From a virus, in the IMG/VR virus record IMGVR_UViG_3300033146_005170, positions 10,015 to 74,014 of that record: DNA of 64,000 bases. One strand, written 5' to 3'. The position numbers and the translations under genes are program-made. Within the stretch, counting starts at the first letter, position 1, and each line of letters begins with the position of its first letter. Below, piece after piece: positions 56,801-64,000 of the stretch. The notes under the pieces are model-generated. The model did not search any database. It saw only the letters and a program-made list of their open reading frames with translations, and was not told where the DNA came from.

Positions 56801-57178
56801 ATGAGTGTTCTAAGTACTCAAGGAAGCTCGGGTAATAATGATATAAGCATTACTAGATCTAATAAATCTGCTGGTGGATTAGTTGCTCCAGGAGTTTATG
56901 GTGGAGGAGATAAATATCCTCATTTACTAGAGGCTGGTGAATATGTAATAAGAAAAGAGATAGTTAAAGACCGTGGAATTGAATGGTTTGAAGCTTTAAA
57001 TAATAATTTAGTTACTCAAATTGCTAATAGCTCTAATACATCTAGATTACCTTCTAATTCAGGAAGTGTATTTAATGTTAATATTGGAGTACAAGCTGAG
57101 GTAAGTACTTCAAATATAGAGCAGCATATAGATCAAATTGCTGACGGTGTTAAAAGAGTCTTTGAGGAGTATAGTTAA
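44885..57178 (+). CDS. Giant tape measure protein (4097 aa)
   Basis: TP901-type core (FDDAL..LQAITG...TKFSA.E...A...LGQAGF) at about aa 1890; 11-aa repeat blocks; C-terminal AGG.V....D..P..L..GEYV motif; follows the chaperones. Confidence 0.9.
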   Translation: MQLNVSTFINQLKISNRENPDLFTSIYYRGNKLILNLESSIGSIGLYTFELDRPVRDVRHLLNKEATYVKPLSQMPEGSSLELLELKRTLAVGKPKSRYGSDNLSFLDSLKYSSLDKVVNEFTALAVTNEIKLGKTSLNTFDNSENARRYHRIEALWNKYARANKIAYDKPMAKNLLKTVNSLVHKSLEQSSINPVVATKVPKQIQAKFKKESIQQSKNSKQASILYQKKIDNYKQARLEEYKKPEIHTLKYNFLVDKYGLQQKALKVGNEYVLFSKKGISEGEVASLAANLKHAFGSYPKEYINFKVITPEKAIKAKVTPRESFVYKPTELGYEQVQAGIESDILEYPNYEPIEVEVNGKKYTKKPVSQRTYVYRAMQKLVPQDKEIDLLTKQEQHSLQQKAIKSKAYKQYLELASETLKAFSNPFDSYATTSWNLNRLTYEDLAQIANNLDRPNKYKEFLNYDAFVGKTPKDLFSFGTRRAIIKNAIDLQFKNSPEEELLKKKKDQAIKVASKFGISKDIIENELENIDPKQGIKLLNNIEDFFNESDYLRKTQDMSKLDRYKGTIKNYDDFKSIAKSFGKSFTKNPKEIKSLGLLTRYARNPILNLEGHIRKEVVDSTIYHAIRQAHSFNKLADNSPLSPKYLDDFTALLADEDRLRLLKLFKKLDSYPITKQAIKQTFGSDRAIIEALSKRDDQGRRAIDKAIAFKDGEPVTSEKLTSFIDYGSNLELEAHQKDDIQRTFESLILEEQHNERQAREKGVAYKSKTRAELFNQATSQVKTLGVFDDSLETISYLDKVFRTGKPSVSDILTATETLKLWKPELFETKSLGTSKEFLKPGFLKRQVNNLYSELMNYNFDISNDPKNIFIRLSPELVKRLNSMSESTYYKLWQSSKGTQFDPGLIKFSTNKAEYGPLKQHKEQLTKLVFPEDNLERTAYYRTRILKLLDPVKIKGVNKKLYSELQDYYASTNVLTTKDLSLYNFLEDNLYAPEKGLEYLNLGSINPNELIEQVLYPQKTKQGVLAPVKDPRHIGEVSKTLLSDVLPSDKAKLTRLNRGKAAAALSDKRNFSRFQALGKGFFETQNIDDLLDGLKGPKGLTEAFSRAATAKIDLVANKGFKAFKDTTFGLEDFKALKNLTVPEIEQRINDIFIGGKKYIREQYNLGRYTNAKAGYEALESLVKRLHSASSLTGFDIKTNQEFLFDLFDYDKDLLTKLKTKSLTKYLDIYRSSQPVPQLRSGDILADYQASTLRAIEKSVLAEVLPGGGSAFDIKHAVKDASFDSTSFESRRLVALRETYNKSLPYADELKLGYNPEGLKPSRPFPFRRQWKLGSIGEFWNTESTMLMQESFASPEKIRDYLTQKRLSLQTEVDLYLSLSPEKRKLYFKKPPWDRVLDFNVLLERELDYPGGQLSYNKKYRPWLVPEEPKRKPIVPQKEEVLVGTKIHKPKTTTKNSDDAWSSFFKKHGTKFSTGGKVPGKGHIDEVPALLTKGEVVLDVATSEKLGIKTQDDYNRFKKKVASGPVVKFARGGIVDADKLAASLDKRFTGLDFGSPEDVNKFTKVLTSLNKGLAKLGTTIDQRTAFTNAAIESIMQKGKGVPTSYTASELRLDIEANQLEFHLKSGKALDQFTDISGQNINYDTARGYISRLEAKGLNVNKAKLYSASIEAQRAGFSVSEFESMLKGEFTEPILAKFQNMSALDSSLLKTELPNSITKGLKEALKFAAPETPSLDSFDKLFVKLEKDAPLLKRITGIDFRGIDDVLQRAGKTLNTENRLQEFHTRAKAFDFEKVSIPKGTVSELYEMQDVLSGVNKAFKEIEHIGDTKARIGFQEFTTGIRESRSIKEHANARAREMAALTKQNALFAASYIGINSVQQLFGNTLQFLGDFDDALKNLQAITGDTSEGLNVMSKAIKQVSTDTKFSALEISGAATILGQAGFSATGIQKSLQGNVELATATGSKLEDSTQVLTSALTIWDTSLTESKKLANEFTAAINESKLDINSLALTLQYAGNIAASADVSITDLVTSTSLLKDAGIKRGSTLGTGQRLLISDFANPTKKFAESLNDAGISIVKFQDAFKSKGFQGALKMMKEAGYGLASASKGMEVREKSIYLALINQLDQFDTFRESISGTEAATVANVVQMSAIGNKFKNMVNSWQIAANDTVDNASGLFRSALDALTIKQEKPNPRETFINLNRDMSKGEKPFTESSLVGAGLELGLAGLVAGTAAKEYIGTTLTNLPRVGGAVGKYGALGLTTLGAGLAGATFAPEGNSMEGAIEAILPALAYEGMINKIEARNEAINQGARGTKISGIRKTGLGVAAGLLVNAFSGGTESDSAWTRALASGTEFGVTGALVSKNPLATVGSAIVGAVYGALNEPNRPENGLFQVLGNTSNALKSLNTEIEAVSKFSRQVVSQQNSAYKIFSEDDLGTIELKKRGVISQATELVDNIQGLEGTVASLSGEDVVRSIVDSLKNITPEKIKAVNEGKEVYRVNRLVVNEAGTLELKQLEYGGSFQGLVSKLMEEAVSVTTNQVDKLTQKKLFPVIDSLNTDKLESLADNAKTQDERLTLFTQAIKPIIDIRKSNPAFTERNQDELINLMEQARNATATSIFEGRNAEAWKTVWKMDKQIDSFKRSLNTAATSIKTLPESINYAKAVIDRLKAEGLSDKEIRSSTKYKLAREKYVDLERSRGDIGYLVEQARDGRIRLDDFQKKSNKIYKSILTTASTNIEDMILNQGVTLTNLSVQVAKNLTALDTKALASMRSSMGTWGKDIVPLSNKEIMSLGKDLITADVGNKALEMSKVPLDKRQDIKLRDIRQISALNVNLASKEVVLADKTRAIVSNKVENLLTGFIKNVVSQSSSEGLGYSEYRLFNQFDKFAKKLGYKSLQTADKSRLGYYELKNLSYPELTSVFNETTLDKLNKLGERTLEALKLSKKRAERDVQTKKAQAVEDTETNYLRGAQKIARDYIRGDKKIALARARGLEDINKQAERGMIDLRKGHKRGMEDLAIAERRGWQDIAIATERGLQDIAIARVRGYQDIAKFERRGWQDIAIARSRGYQDISISRERGYQDISIARTRGYQDIAQKRKYGVEDIQLSNARALEDIARGFERNFAALNLRADRSREDLDLKISRANEDLLKKTGRALEDLTTSYEDKLEDIHKAYRRQVDSLTRRYTYNIEAIKRGYEDNLKAIGRARQDTIDFFYRSLERPQVIDLGPDALLKIANNLNDVSLATNAQKAALEANTSAVKQHTALLKTQQSIVKEAYKEAYKKVGGKVYNDNGTVNQDFVDQYKLYMDKNSGKLIDSTISLAIDRAMAGGGFNITQALTNPEYIVRQVSNPSAAMTTGGALTSTGLSNDEAASALAGLQAGEVRISTTAGVLLEAKGGMEGALFDLETSMLQFDIKIREAGINLGIALREAAIQYNQQLLEAAISLSQALEDLETSNSRSLRDINLNLARGLDDIQLAYARGLEDLNKAFARGLEDLQLSHRYAMDDLEIRTSRMYEDLERSLTRASESLELSLTRAGENLELKLSRATEDLELKLIRAGEDLSLKVLRAGEDLEIRLFRSGEDLYLKTQRAGEDLSLRIQRAGEDLELSLSRGYEDLGDKLARATEDLNTRFNRAGEDLVTRVTEALADLEISRAQRLEDLETGIGRAIEHLGQGVVDAGENLKTKLREAAEDLRGSMSEAMSNAMVEATTAAVNTVMAGDIKIESLEQKINKALQTLNLNAELIINQVAGAWATALSSEQLKNAMRTTSIQTLRGLFTNLKMPLDVLTKNLDSQIASGFDIKFFPSLNVLAGTIDNNTTKVSRSLSSFGAKIDGAAKAADQNISSARASLATVSLNLEAIGLDLNTSSSLIEDAGSSTRNAASTFLDDVITTAQETKKAAEVLSQIKITDITKNIVNNTTNLVSSVTGMNSIATAMDKVAISITHTTNAAVAQISQAADLVANQAAQANRIINMSVLSTQGSSGNNDISITRSNKSAGGLVAPGVYGGGDKYPHLLEAGEYVIRKEIVKDRGIEWFEALNNNLVTQIANSSNTSRLPSNSGSVFNVNIGVQAEVSTSNIEQHIDQIADGVKRVFEEYS

Positions 57179-57780
57179 TGGCTATAATTGATAGATACTT
57201 ATATGAAAATCTTACTTATACTATAGGTACTGGTAAAAAACCAGTACTTGTAGATACTACTTTAGTGCATCCTAAAATAGCTATACCCAAAGTTACTTGG
57301 GAAATTGACTTTGGAACTGTTTCAGAGGAATTAAAAAATGCTATAGAAGAAACTATTTTTAAAGAGCCAAATAATACAGGTATAAACTGTGCTGTGGGAC
57401 CTGCCTATGTAATTGGAAAATACGATGATGGTTTTAATCCAATAGAATATCACTTAACTTATCTATTTGAATATGAATATTATAGAACTTTTGTTGATAG
57501 ACCTATAGGTTATACTGTTGTTGGCACTGATCATTTATTGGATATAGGCATTACTATTCCAATAAATCAAAATGAAAATGATCCTATAGTAATTATACCC
57601 ACTAAAACTGAATTGTATAGAAAACTCTTTTACAAAGAGAGTCTAGTTAAAGTAACTCATATAGCTAATGCTATTTCTAAAATGAGAATGAAATTTGATG
57701 AAGTTTATAAACCTTTATATAATTCTCCTGGTATGTTCATTGTAGGGGCTTCTGATGCTAATTACATTACTTGTAGCTAA
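57178..57780 (+). CDS. Putative distal tail protein
   Basis: Position after the TMP. Confidence 0.55.
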   Translation: MAIIDRYLYENLTYTIGTGKKPVLVDTTLVHPKIAIPKVTWEIDFGTVSEELKNAIEETIFKEPNNTGINCAVGPAYVIGKYDDGFNPIEYHLTYLFEYEYYRTFVDRPIGYTVVGTDHLLDIGITIPINQNENDPIVIIPTKTELYRKLFYKESLVKVTHIANAISKMRMKFDEVYKPLYNSPGMFIVGASDANYITCS

Positions 57781-58687
57781 TTCTTATAAGATAGCAAATC
57801 ATCTAAATAATTCAGATGCTGTCTATATAGACTCTTTAAAAATAAATTCTTTAGTTTCAAAAAAAGGTCTAGCTATAGATAAAGTATCTTTTACTATTGA
57901 TACCGAGTCTTTAGATACTTTAAATGAATCTTTCTTTTATCTTAGTTATAATACTCCTATAAAATTATTTATCGATGATTTATTAATACTTGATGGTTTT
58001 ATTAGTACAGTCAATGTTAGTTCTAAAGCTGTTGTATCCTTTCAAATAGCTGATAAAATGGAATATTTCTTAAGACAATCTTTTGTACCCTCTATTGCTT
58101 CAGTTTGTCAAAATCAGATCTATTCTAAGTTCTGTGGCCTTAGAGCTTTAGATTTTCATTTATTAGCTACTCAAGTAGAAATTAATTGTCTAACTGGATT
58201 TTTTTACTACAGAATTGATGGTTTTAAACTTTTTATAGGTCAAAATGAATATGACTTTGAGCCTATAGATGGCAATTTACATTTATATGATGGAAATTCT
58301 CAACTTTATGGCAATTTAGACATTCCAAATAACTTATTTAAAAATCCAGATAATTGGATTGGAATGATTGTTATTATTAATGGAAAATATAAAGCCACTG
58401 TAACAAGCTATACAGAGAATAAATTTTTTCTTTCTCTTAACTATCTAGACAAAAGAATTATTGCTGATACTCTTGATTTTTATATGCCTTGTGATAAGAC
58501 CTATGGAACTTGTGCAGTTAGATTTAATAATACTAATAACTTTTGGGGTTTTCCTAATACAGGTTTAAAGCTAAAGACTTATTCAATTTTCTCTGCAGAC
58601 AGTTTAGAATATTGTGGAAGTGAAGAAGCTGAACTGCCACAAGAAGATTGTCCTTTAGATCATAGTTTATTTGGAGTTGAGATATGA
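57755..58687 (+). CDS. Tail-tip/hub protein with Cys cluster (BR0599/gpL-like)
   Basis: C...IY...CG and CDKT..TC..RFNN..NF.GFP. Confidence 0.8.
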   Translation: MLITLLVANSYKIANHLNNSDAVYIDSLKINSLVSKKGLAIDKVSFTIDTESLDTLNESFFYLSYNTPIKLFIDDLLILDGFISTVNVSSKAVVSFQIADKMEYFLRQSFVPSIASVCQNQIYSKFCGLRALDFHLLATQVEINCLTGFFYYRIDGFKLFIGQNEYDFEPIDGNLHLYDGNSQLYGNLDIPNNLFKNPDNWIGMIVIINGKYKATVTSYTENKFFLSLNYLDKRIIADTLDFYMPCDKTYGTCAVRFNNTNNFWGFPNTGLKLKTYSIFSADSLEYCGSEEAELPQEDCPLDHSLFGVEI

Positions 58688-60861
58688 GTTCTAATAGAGT
58701 AGAGAGCTTTGTAGGTGCTCAAAATTTTTGTACAGGGTCTCAAACAGACTATGCTACTTGTATTACAAATAATATGAGGTTTTTACCTTTTACTGATGAT
58801 ACTTATAAGCCTAGTAGCTATGCTGGTATTAATATATCTAATAGCGAGCTTTCAGCTTTATCTGGTAAGACCTATGTAGATGCAAAGCCATTAGCTATAG
58901 CTAATATCTATGTTAGAAAGATGATGAAAAATGACTATGGTGTTATTTCTTTCCGATGTAAAGATGTTTATTCTCAGCCTAGATTACCTTTACCTAGACT
59001 ACAAGATCTTGGGCTTGAAAGTTATGAAATAGTTAATATTGTAGATGTTATACCTGAGCCTGAAGAAGATCAAGATTTATTCTATGGAGTGCCACTACTT
59101 AATGAAGACGACTGCTTAGGAGACTATAACTGCTTATTAAATGTATACTTAACTAACAGTATTAATCTTTCTATAGGATTATCTAGATCTTTAGGTCTAG
59201 TAGTTAATAGTGGTGATTCTATTCAGTCTATTATAAATAATATGGGTAATTACTATCAATTACCAGCTGAAGCTAATATACTAGGAGACAATATACTTAT
59301 TTCTGAGGCTATAGCTACTAAGCTATTAGAGGAATTACAAAAACTTAGCCTAATAATTAATCCTAGTCATGATTATTTTGTAATTATGAATAATATGACC
59401 ATAATAGCTGATAGTTTAGTTAGGCTTATTCAAAATCAAGATATAGGTATAGATCTATATGATAATGTTGTTCAGCCTTTAGTAGACTCTATTGATGAGC
59501 ATACAGATTTTGCTTACTATGATTTTAGTATTACTGATGGTGTTTCTGAATATTTAAAAACCTATGACTATAATTTTCTATTTGGAATTAGCTATCAAGA
59601 AAAACTTGTTATACAATCTTTTGGAAGTACTCCTAAAATTGACTATACTGAAGAGAATTATAACTATTTATTGATCTCTATAGAAAATAAATATGCTATG
59701 GAAATATATAACGCAACTAACAATATTATTTTAAAAATTCAAGAGCTTTATAATTATAGTAATGTATCACAAATTACAACTGCAACTGAAATAAATTTAC
59801 GTCTTTATAATGAAATGATAGTTTATAAAGACTACTTTACAGTTAATCTTTTAAATAAATTTAATGATCCTAAGTATAATGATGTAATTTTGGCTCTAAT
59901 TAATCTAATAGATAATTTCACTGTACAGTATAGTGGTGGTACTAATATAATACATAGAGTAGCTACTTTATATAATCCTACAGACCCAGAGGCTAAAGAA
60001 AGAGTTATCTCTGAATTAGATAAATATTTTAGTGAAGTTGGTGATAATTATAAAATTTTACTAGCTCAATTTTGGGATATTTATAGCTTAGCTTTTAGTC
60101 TTGATAGCTCTAAGGTAACCACACAAGAATTTGGTTTAAACTTTAAAGACTCAGGAGATTTTTATTTTGCTGATGTAGCTTATAGTCTAGCCTATAGTAG
60201 GATTGTAGGACTCAAAGGTTTAATTATTGATGATGAGGTTTATGACTTATCAGATATAACTACTTTAGGAGGAAATATTACTCCAGAGGTTTCACAAGCT
60301 GGTTGTGTTAAATACACCTTTACTAGACATATTATGCCAACTTATAGTCCTACTATAGAGATGTATCTTTATCCTGGAACTCCAGATCAACCATACTGTC
60401 CAACAGTTAATAAGTATCATAACTATAATGCTTGTTCTTATAGTGGTATTTTTACAAAGTTATTAGAGCCTATAGATCAAAATGGTGATGCTAATATAGG
60501 TCTTTATGTTTTTAAGAACTATAGGCCATTAGAAAAGACTGTTGAAGAAGTTACTAGAATTGGAAAATTTAATATTAATAGTATTAATCTTAATGATCCA
60601 TCTTTAGATGATAAAAGTTATGAAGCTATGGTTCAAAAGGAAATTTTAAATTTGACAAATGCAAGTTCTATAATTAATAGTACTATAACAACAGATGATT
60701 TTAAATACTATCTTAGTAGTAAGATAGTAGATGAAGTAGCAGTTAACAATTATCCTAATCTAGCTTTAGTGGAGTTTAAAAAATTTCCTATAGGCTCAAG
60801 CTTAAGTCTTCCTAAAATAAAACTTTTAGTTGAAGCTGATGATCCAGCATTAAAGGTTTAA
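58684..60861 (+). CDS. Putative tail-tip/baseplate protein
   Basis: Position; Y.GT.DQ and YP.LA.V motifs typical of tail-tip proteins. Confidence 0.55.
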   Translation: MSSNRVESFVGAQNFCTGSQTDYATCITNNMRFLPFTDDTYKPSSYAGINISNSELSALSGKTYVDAKPLAIANIYVRKMMKNDYGVISFRCKDVYSQPRLPLPRLQDLGLESYEIVNIVDVIPEPEEDQDLFYGVPLLNEDDCLGDYNCLLNVYLTNSINLSIGLSRSLGLVVNSGDSIQSIINNMGNYYQLPAEANILGDNILISEAIATKLLEELQKLSLIINPSHDYFVIMNNMTIIADSLVRLIQNQDIGIDLYDNVVQPLVDSIDEHTDFAYYDFSITDGVSEYLKTYDYNFLFGISYQEKLVIQSFGSTPKIDYTEENYNYLLISIENKYAMEIYNATNNIILKIQELYNYSNVSQITTATEINLRLYNEMIVYKDYFTVNLLNKFNDPKYNDVILALINLIDNFTVQYSGGTNIIHRVATLYNPTDPEAKERVISELDKYFSEVGDNYKILLAQFWDIYSLAFSLDSSKVTTQEFGLNFKDSGDFYFADVAYSLAYSRIVGLKGLIIDDEVYDLSDITTLGGNITPEVSQAGCVKYTFTRHIMPTYSPTIEMYLYPGTPDQPYCPTVNKYHNYNACSYSGIFTKLLEPIDQNGDANIGLYVFKNYRPLEKTVEEVTRIGKFNINSINLNDPSLDDKSYEAMVQKEILNLTNASSIINSTITTDDFKYYLSSKIVDEVAVNNYPNLALVEFKKFPIGSSLSLPKIKLLVEADDPALKV

Positions 60862-60863
60862 AA

Positions 60864-61487
60864 ATGAATCTTACACAAATTACAGCTGCAGTTAATCAAC
60901 ATAGATCTTCTTTTGAATCTTTAGGTGATTTAATTGTAGATAGCCTATATATTTTAGAAGATATGACTTTACAATTTAAAGATCTAAGATCTTTTTATCT
61001 CTATTTAGCTCAAGTACATATTTTAGAACCAATATTTCATGGAGAGAAAGTAACTTTTATACCAGCAGATATAGCCTCTGCTTTTATTAGTCTCTCTTGG
61101 AAAAACTTTAAAGAGTTATCTTATATAAATAATGAATATACTCTTGAGTTTAAAGCAAATACACTAGAAGAAAATCCTTCTATTAATTTTATAGATCTAG
61201 GTTTACTTGGTGAGTCTAATACTTATAAACCCTATGGAAGTACAGGTTCTAGGTCTATTAGATCTAATTTAACTAAAGATTTAATGGGTATTAAAACCTT
61301 TTTTGATACTAATTTTAAGTTTAAATTATACAGAGGTACCATTAGCTTCACTGCCAGTACAATTTTTGAAAAAGGTACTATTATAGATATAGAAGATAAG
61401 GCTCTTTATGTTTTAATTATAGAATTTAGAGTAAATTTTAAAACTGGAACTGTAAGCCACACAGGTATGGTTTTAGCTAAAGGATAA
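60864..61487 (+). CDS. Putative tail-tip protein
   Basis: Position. Confidence 0.45.
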   Translation: MNLTQITAAVNQHRSSFESLGDLIVDSLYILEDMTLQFKDLRSFYLYLAQVHILEPIFHGEKVTFIPADIASAFISLSWKNFKELSYINNEYTLEFKANTLEENPSINFIDLGLLGESNTYKPYGSTGSRSIRSNLTKDLMGIKTFFDTNFKFKLYRGTISFTASTIFEKGTIIDIEDKALYVLIIEFRVNFKTGTVSHTGMVLAKG

Positions 61488-61489
61488 AG

Positions 61490-62371
61490 ATGTTAAGATT
61501 CAAATATACAACTAATTCTTCTAGACTAGATTTACCTTATCATATTTATGGTATTACTAGTGATACTGAAAGTGTAGAGATAAAAGTTAATGGTAATAGC
61601 ATTGGCTTTTATAAGCCAAATATGACTTTAGAGTCTTCTACATACAATTTTTCTAAGTTTTTTTGGCCTGAAGAAAAACTTTTACAGTTACTTATTACTG
61701 GCAGTAGACAAGAGTATAGTCCAAAAGAAAATGAAATTTATTTTAATAAAAATACCATTACATTTGTTAAACTAGAAAATGGCTTATATCTCTATAGACA
61801 TGAAGATAGAGTCAATTATAGCTGGGAAGAGAATAAGAGATCTAGATTTTATTTTAATCCTAAGTATTTTAATTCTGAATATCTATGGAAGCTTAGGACA
61901 GGGTATGTTCCAACAAAAGAAAATTTAACCTATCAATGGCCTAAAGGATATGAACAAGAGCTATTTTTACCCACTACAGTTATTTTTCAAGATAGTAACT
62001 ATTGGTATGATAAAAAAAGTTTTTCTGATGTTGAACCTCTAAAAAATGATTATTTTAGTTTACCTGAACAAGGACCTGAAATTATTTTAAATTTAACTCA
62101 TATAATTGAGCTAGATTTAAAAAATGGTGATAGCTTAGAAATTAGTAATGGCAAAGATACAATTAATACCACTGTAAATATTAGTGAAGAAACTAGTTTT
62201 AATAACTTAGATTTCTATGAAACTGACAGGCCTTTAATTCATGTTGAGTTTAATTCAATAAACCCTAATAAGTTAATTCATTATTCTCAAGGTTTATTGA
62301 AAGGTTCAAAAGAGCTTATCCAGTTAAATCTTTACGGTAGTGATGTACAATTTAATATACGAAGGATATAA
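61490..62371 (+). CDS. Hypothetical late protein
   Basis: ORF track. Confidence 0.55.
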   Translation: MLRFKYTTNSSRLDLPYHIYGITSDTESVEIKVNGNSIGFYKPNMTLESSTYNFSKFFWPEEKLLQLLITGSRQEYSPKENEIYFNKNTITFVKLENGLYLYRHEDRVNYSWEENKRSRFYFNPKYFNSEYLWKLRTGYVPTKENLTYQWPKGYEQELFLPTTVIFQDSNYWYDKKSFSDVEPLKNDYFSLPEQGPEIILNLTHIIELDLKNGDSLEISNGKDTINTTVNISEETSFNNLDFYETDRPLIHVEFNSINPNKLIHYSQGLLKGSKELIQLNLYGSDVQFNIRRI

Positions 62372-62372
62372 A

Positions 62373-62777
62373 ATGATTAGAGTTAAGAGTAGAAAACCTA
62401 GAACTGTCAGTAGACCCTCTAAGGTTATCGTAGACAATGATAAAATGGCAGTTGTAGAGTTTATTTATGGAAATGTATGGGTAAGACATATGATTTTTAA
62501 GGCTAAAGGCTCTGTTAAAAAAGGTCATAAGCATAACTTTGATCATATTCATTTTGTAGCTCATGGTTCAGTAGAAGTTTTTGAGCTAGGTGAACATGGT
62601 GAGAAAAAATCACTAGGTATCTATAAAGCTGGTGAATTTCTTAGGGTACCAGCAGGAATGGCTCATACAGTAGTAGCTCAAGAAGACAATACTATAGCAT
62701 ACTGTGTACAAGCAGTTCGTGATGCTTCAGGTCTTGTAACTGAAGATAACTTAGACTTTAAAAATACGAGGTTATAA
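62373..62777 (+). CDS. Cupin-domain protein
   Basis: GHKHNFDH...G.V and VPAG.AH metal-binding motifs; start moved to MIRVK. Confidence 0.8.
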   Translation: MIRVKSRKPRTVSRPSKVIVDNDKMAVVEFIYGNVWVRHMIFKAKGSVKKGHKHNFDHIHFVAHGSVEVFELGEHGEKKSLGIYKAGEFLRVPAGMAHTVVAQEDNTIAYCVQAVRDASGLVTEDNLDFKNTRL

Positions 62778-62779
62778 CT

Positions 62780-63712
62780 ATGGCAGATTATACAGTTGAT
62801 TTTACTAGTGGCTCTACTCAAACTATCAGTCATGAATTTCAAAATTTAGATGATACTATTTCTATTGACATTCCTCAAGGTATAGTTAAAGTTAGATCAG
62901 AAGATACTGGCTATGACTATAACAATGGTGACTATGAGTACTTTGGTACTGGGGTATTTTTTACTTTAGAAACTGAGGATGGAGAAATCTTTATTCAACC
63001 CAATAAACATTCTAGTCAGGAAGATGGTAGTTACAGTGAAGCTACTCAAATTCTTTTAGAAGTAGAAGATAAAGCATACTTAAATGTTGGTCTTTCAACT
63101 GAGGGTTTAGATGACAATGCTTTACCTCAAACGATAGATATTACTTTTGAACTTTTAAGTAGTTCTCTTATTCCTGTATTAAGAAATACTAAAGGTTCTG
63201 AACTGACTTTTGAAGAGCTTGATACTAATTTTAATGTATCTTGGGAAATGGGAAAAAGTAATTCTAGTATGATAGCTCAGTTAAAAGAAAATTTATTTAC
63301 AAGAGGTTTTGACACAATGGAGACTTTAGCAGATGGTACAAGTAGTGTTTCAGTCTATTTATCCGTTCTTTGGGATAATTACTATGGAACAGCTGACTCT
63401 GTAGAATTTGCATCTGCCTTAGTTCATATACTTTATAATGATGGTCAACAAGTTGAACTTGGCTTATTACAGCTTATGGTTTATAATGGTGATCTTTATT
63501 TTAATGTTATAAAATCTCCGAATAATCTTACTTTAAATAGTGTATCTTTAGATACAGTAGGTTCTGAAAGCGATATGCAAGAGGAATATATGAGAGGTTG
63601 TCCTATAACTACAATATTTCTGTATTTCAGCTATACTCTAGCAGAAGGAACTGACGGTGAATTAGGCTTACTTCAACCACGGTTTACTAGATCTTTAGTT
63701 GAGGGTAGTTAA
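62780..63712 (+). CDS. Acidic virion/tail-fibre-associated protein
   Basis: LRNTKGSELTFEELDTNF motif typical of phage fibre/baseplate attachment segments. Confidence 0.6.
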   Translation: MADYTVDFTSGSTQTISHEFQNLDDTISIDIPQGIVKVRSEDTGYDYNNGDYEYFGTGVFFTLETEDGEIFIQPNKHSSQEDGSYSEATQILLEVEDKAYLNVGLSTEGLDDNALPQTIDITFELLSSSLIPVLRNTKGSELTFEELDTNFNVSWEMGKSNSSMIAQLKENLFTRGFDTMETLADGTSSVSVYLSVLWDNYYGTADSVEFASALVHILYNDGQQVELGLLQLMVYNGDLYFNVIKSPNNLTLNSVSLDTVGSESDMQEEYMRGCPITTIFLYFSYTLAEGTDGELGLLQPRFTRSLVEGS

Positions 63713-63719
63713 TACTTAA

Positions 63720-64000
63720 ATGTCTTATTCTATTAAAGGCTATATGCCTATTGGTTATGCTATAGGGGAACAAGCTTGTCAAAGTTATTCTCCTATAGGC
63801 TATATACCCGCTGGATATGTTGTTAGTGGAGATATAAAATATGCTCAGAGTGGCTATATGCCTATTGGTTATTCTGATGATACTTTATGTTTAGAAGAAA
63901 CAAACTGTATTGGCTATGTCGCTAGTGGCTATATGGTCGATGGCTATGCTGAATGTTTAGAAGAAACAAGCTGTATTGGCTATGTCGCTAGTGGCTATAT
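63720..64000 (+). CDS. GY-repeat protein, partial (runs off the window)
   Basis: MSYSIKGYMPIGY...CLEETNCIGYVASGYMVDGYAECLEETSCIGYVASGY; 66-bp tandem repeat at the end. Confidence 0.7.
   Translation, partial: MSYSIKGYMPIGYAIGEQACQSYSPIGYIPAGYVVSGDIKYAQSGYMPIGYSDDTLCLEETNCIGYVASGYMVDGYAECLEETSCIGYVASGY

Noticed and set aside
63887-64000. Diversity-generating retroelement TR/VR pair
   Set aside because: Adjacent in-frame tandem repeat with a single difference, and no reverse transcriptase in the window
231-64000. Stop-codon reassignment, prophage/integrase, introns or inteins
   Set aside because: Genes are full-length and tightly packed in the standard code, TAG and TGA both serve as stops, there is no integrase, and PolA, TerL and the helicases are of normal size without splice motifs

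Overview
An AT-rich segment of a probably lytic, long-tailed (siphovirus-type) dsDNA phage genome, with no integrase or lysis genes in the window. Three blocks are visible. (i) A leftward (minus-strand) replication, recombination and nucleotide-metabolism arm at 0.2-25.3 kb: SbcCD, RecU-like resolvase, DHFR, dCMP deaminase, thymidylate-synthase-family enzyme, PolA, 5'-3' exonuclease, dNMP kinase, sigma factor, SNF2 helicase, primase-helicase, dimeric dUTPase and ligase. (ii) A repeat-rich non-coding region plus a leftward cluster of small putative early genes at 25.3-30.9 kb. (iii) A rightward morphogenesis arm from 31 kb to the window end: terminase, portal, protease, capsid, neck, tail tube, -1 frameshifted chaperones, a 4097-aa tape measure protein and tail-tip genes. 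The dUTPase resembles the Campylobacter type, tentatively suggesting a Campylobacterota host. The most notable signals are: (1) a sigma70-like factor that stops exactly before the region 4.2 HTH, a separate Cys-rich protein that is essentially region 4.2, and six promoters with a non-canonical GWGTAAC-like-N18-TATAAT architecture, together a candidate two-piece sigma system; (2) a thymidylate-synthase homologue with the dCMP-specific Asp, coupled to a dCMP deaminase and accompanied by DHFR, suggesting 5-methyl-dCMP synthesis or a dUMP-independent dTMP route; (3) a GC-rich structured ncRNA candidate at about 17.7-17.9 kb; (4) early genes punctuated by a conserved 18-mer and a 107-bp hairpin-bearing direct repeat. 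All family assignments come from motif recognition by eye; no searches were run.
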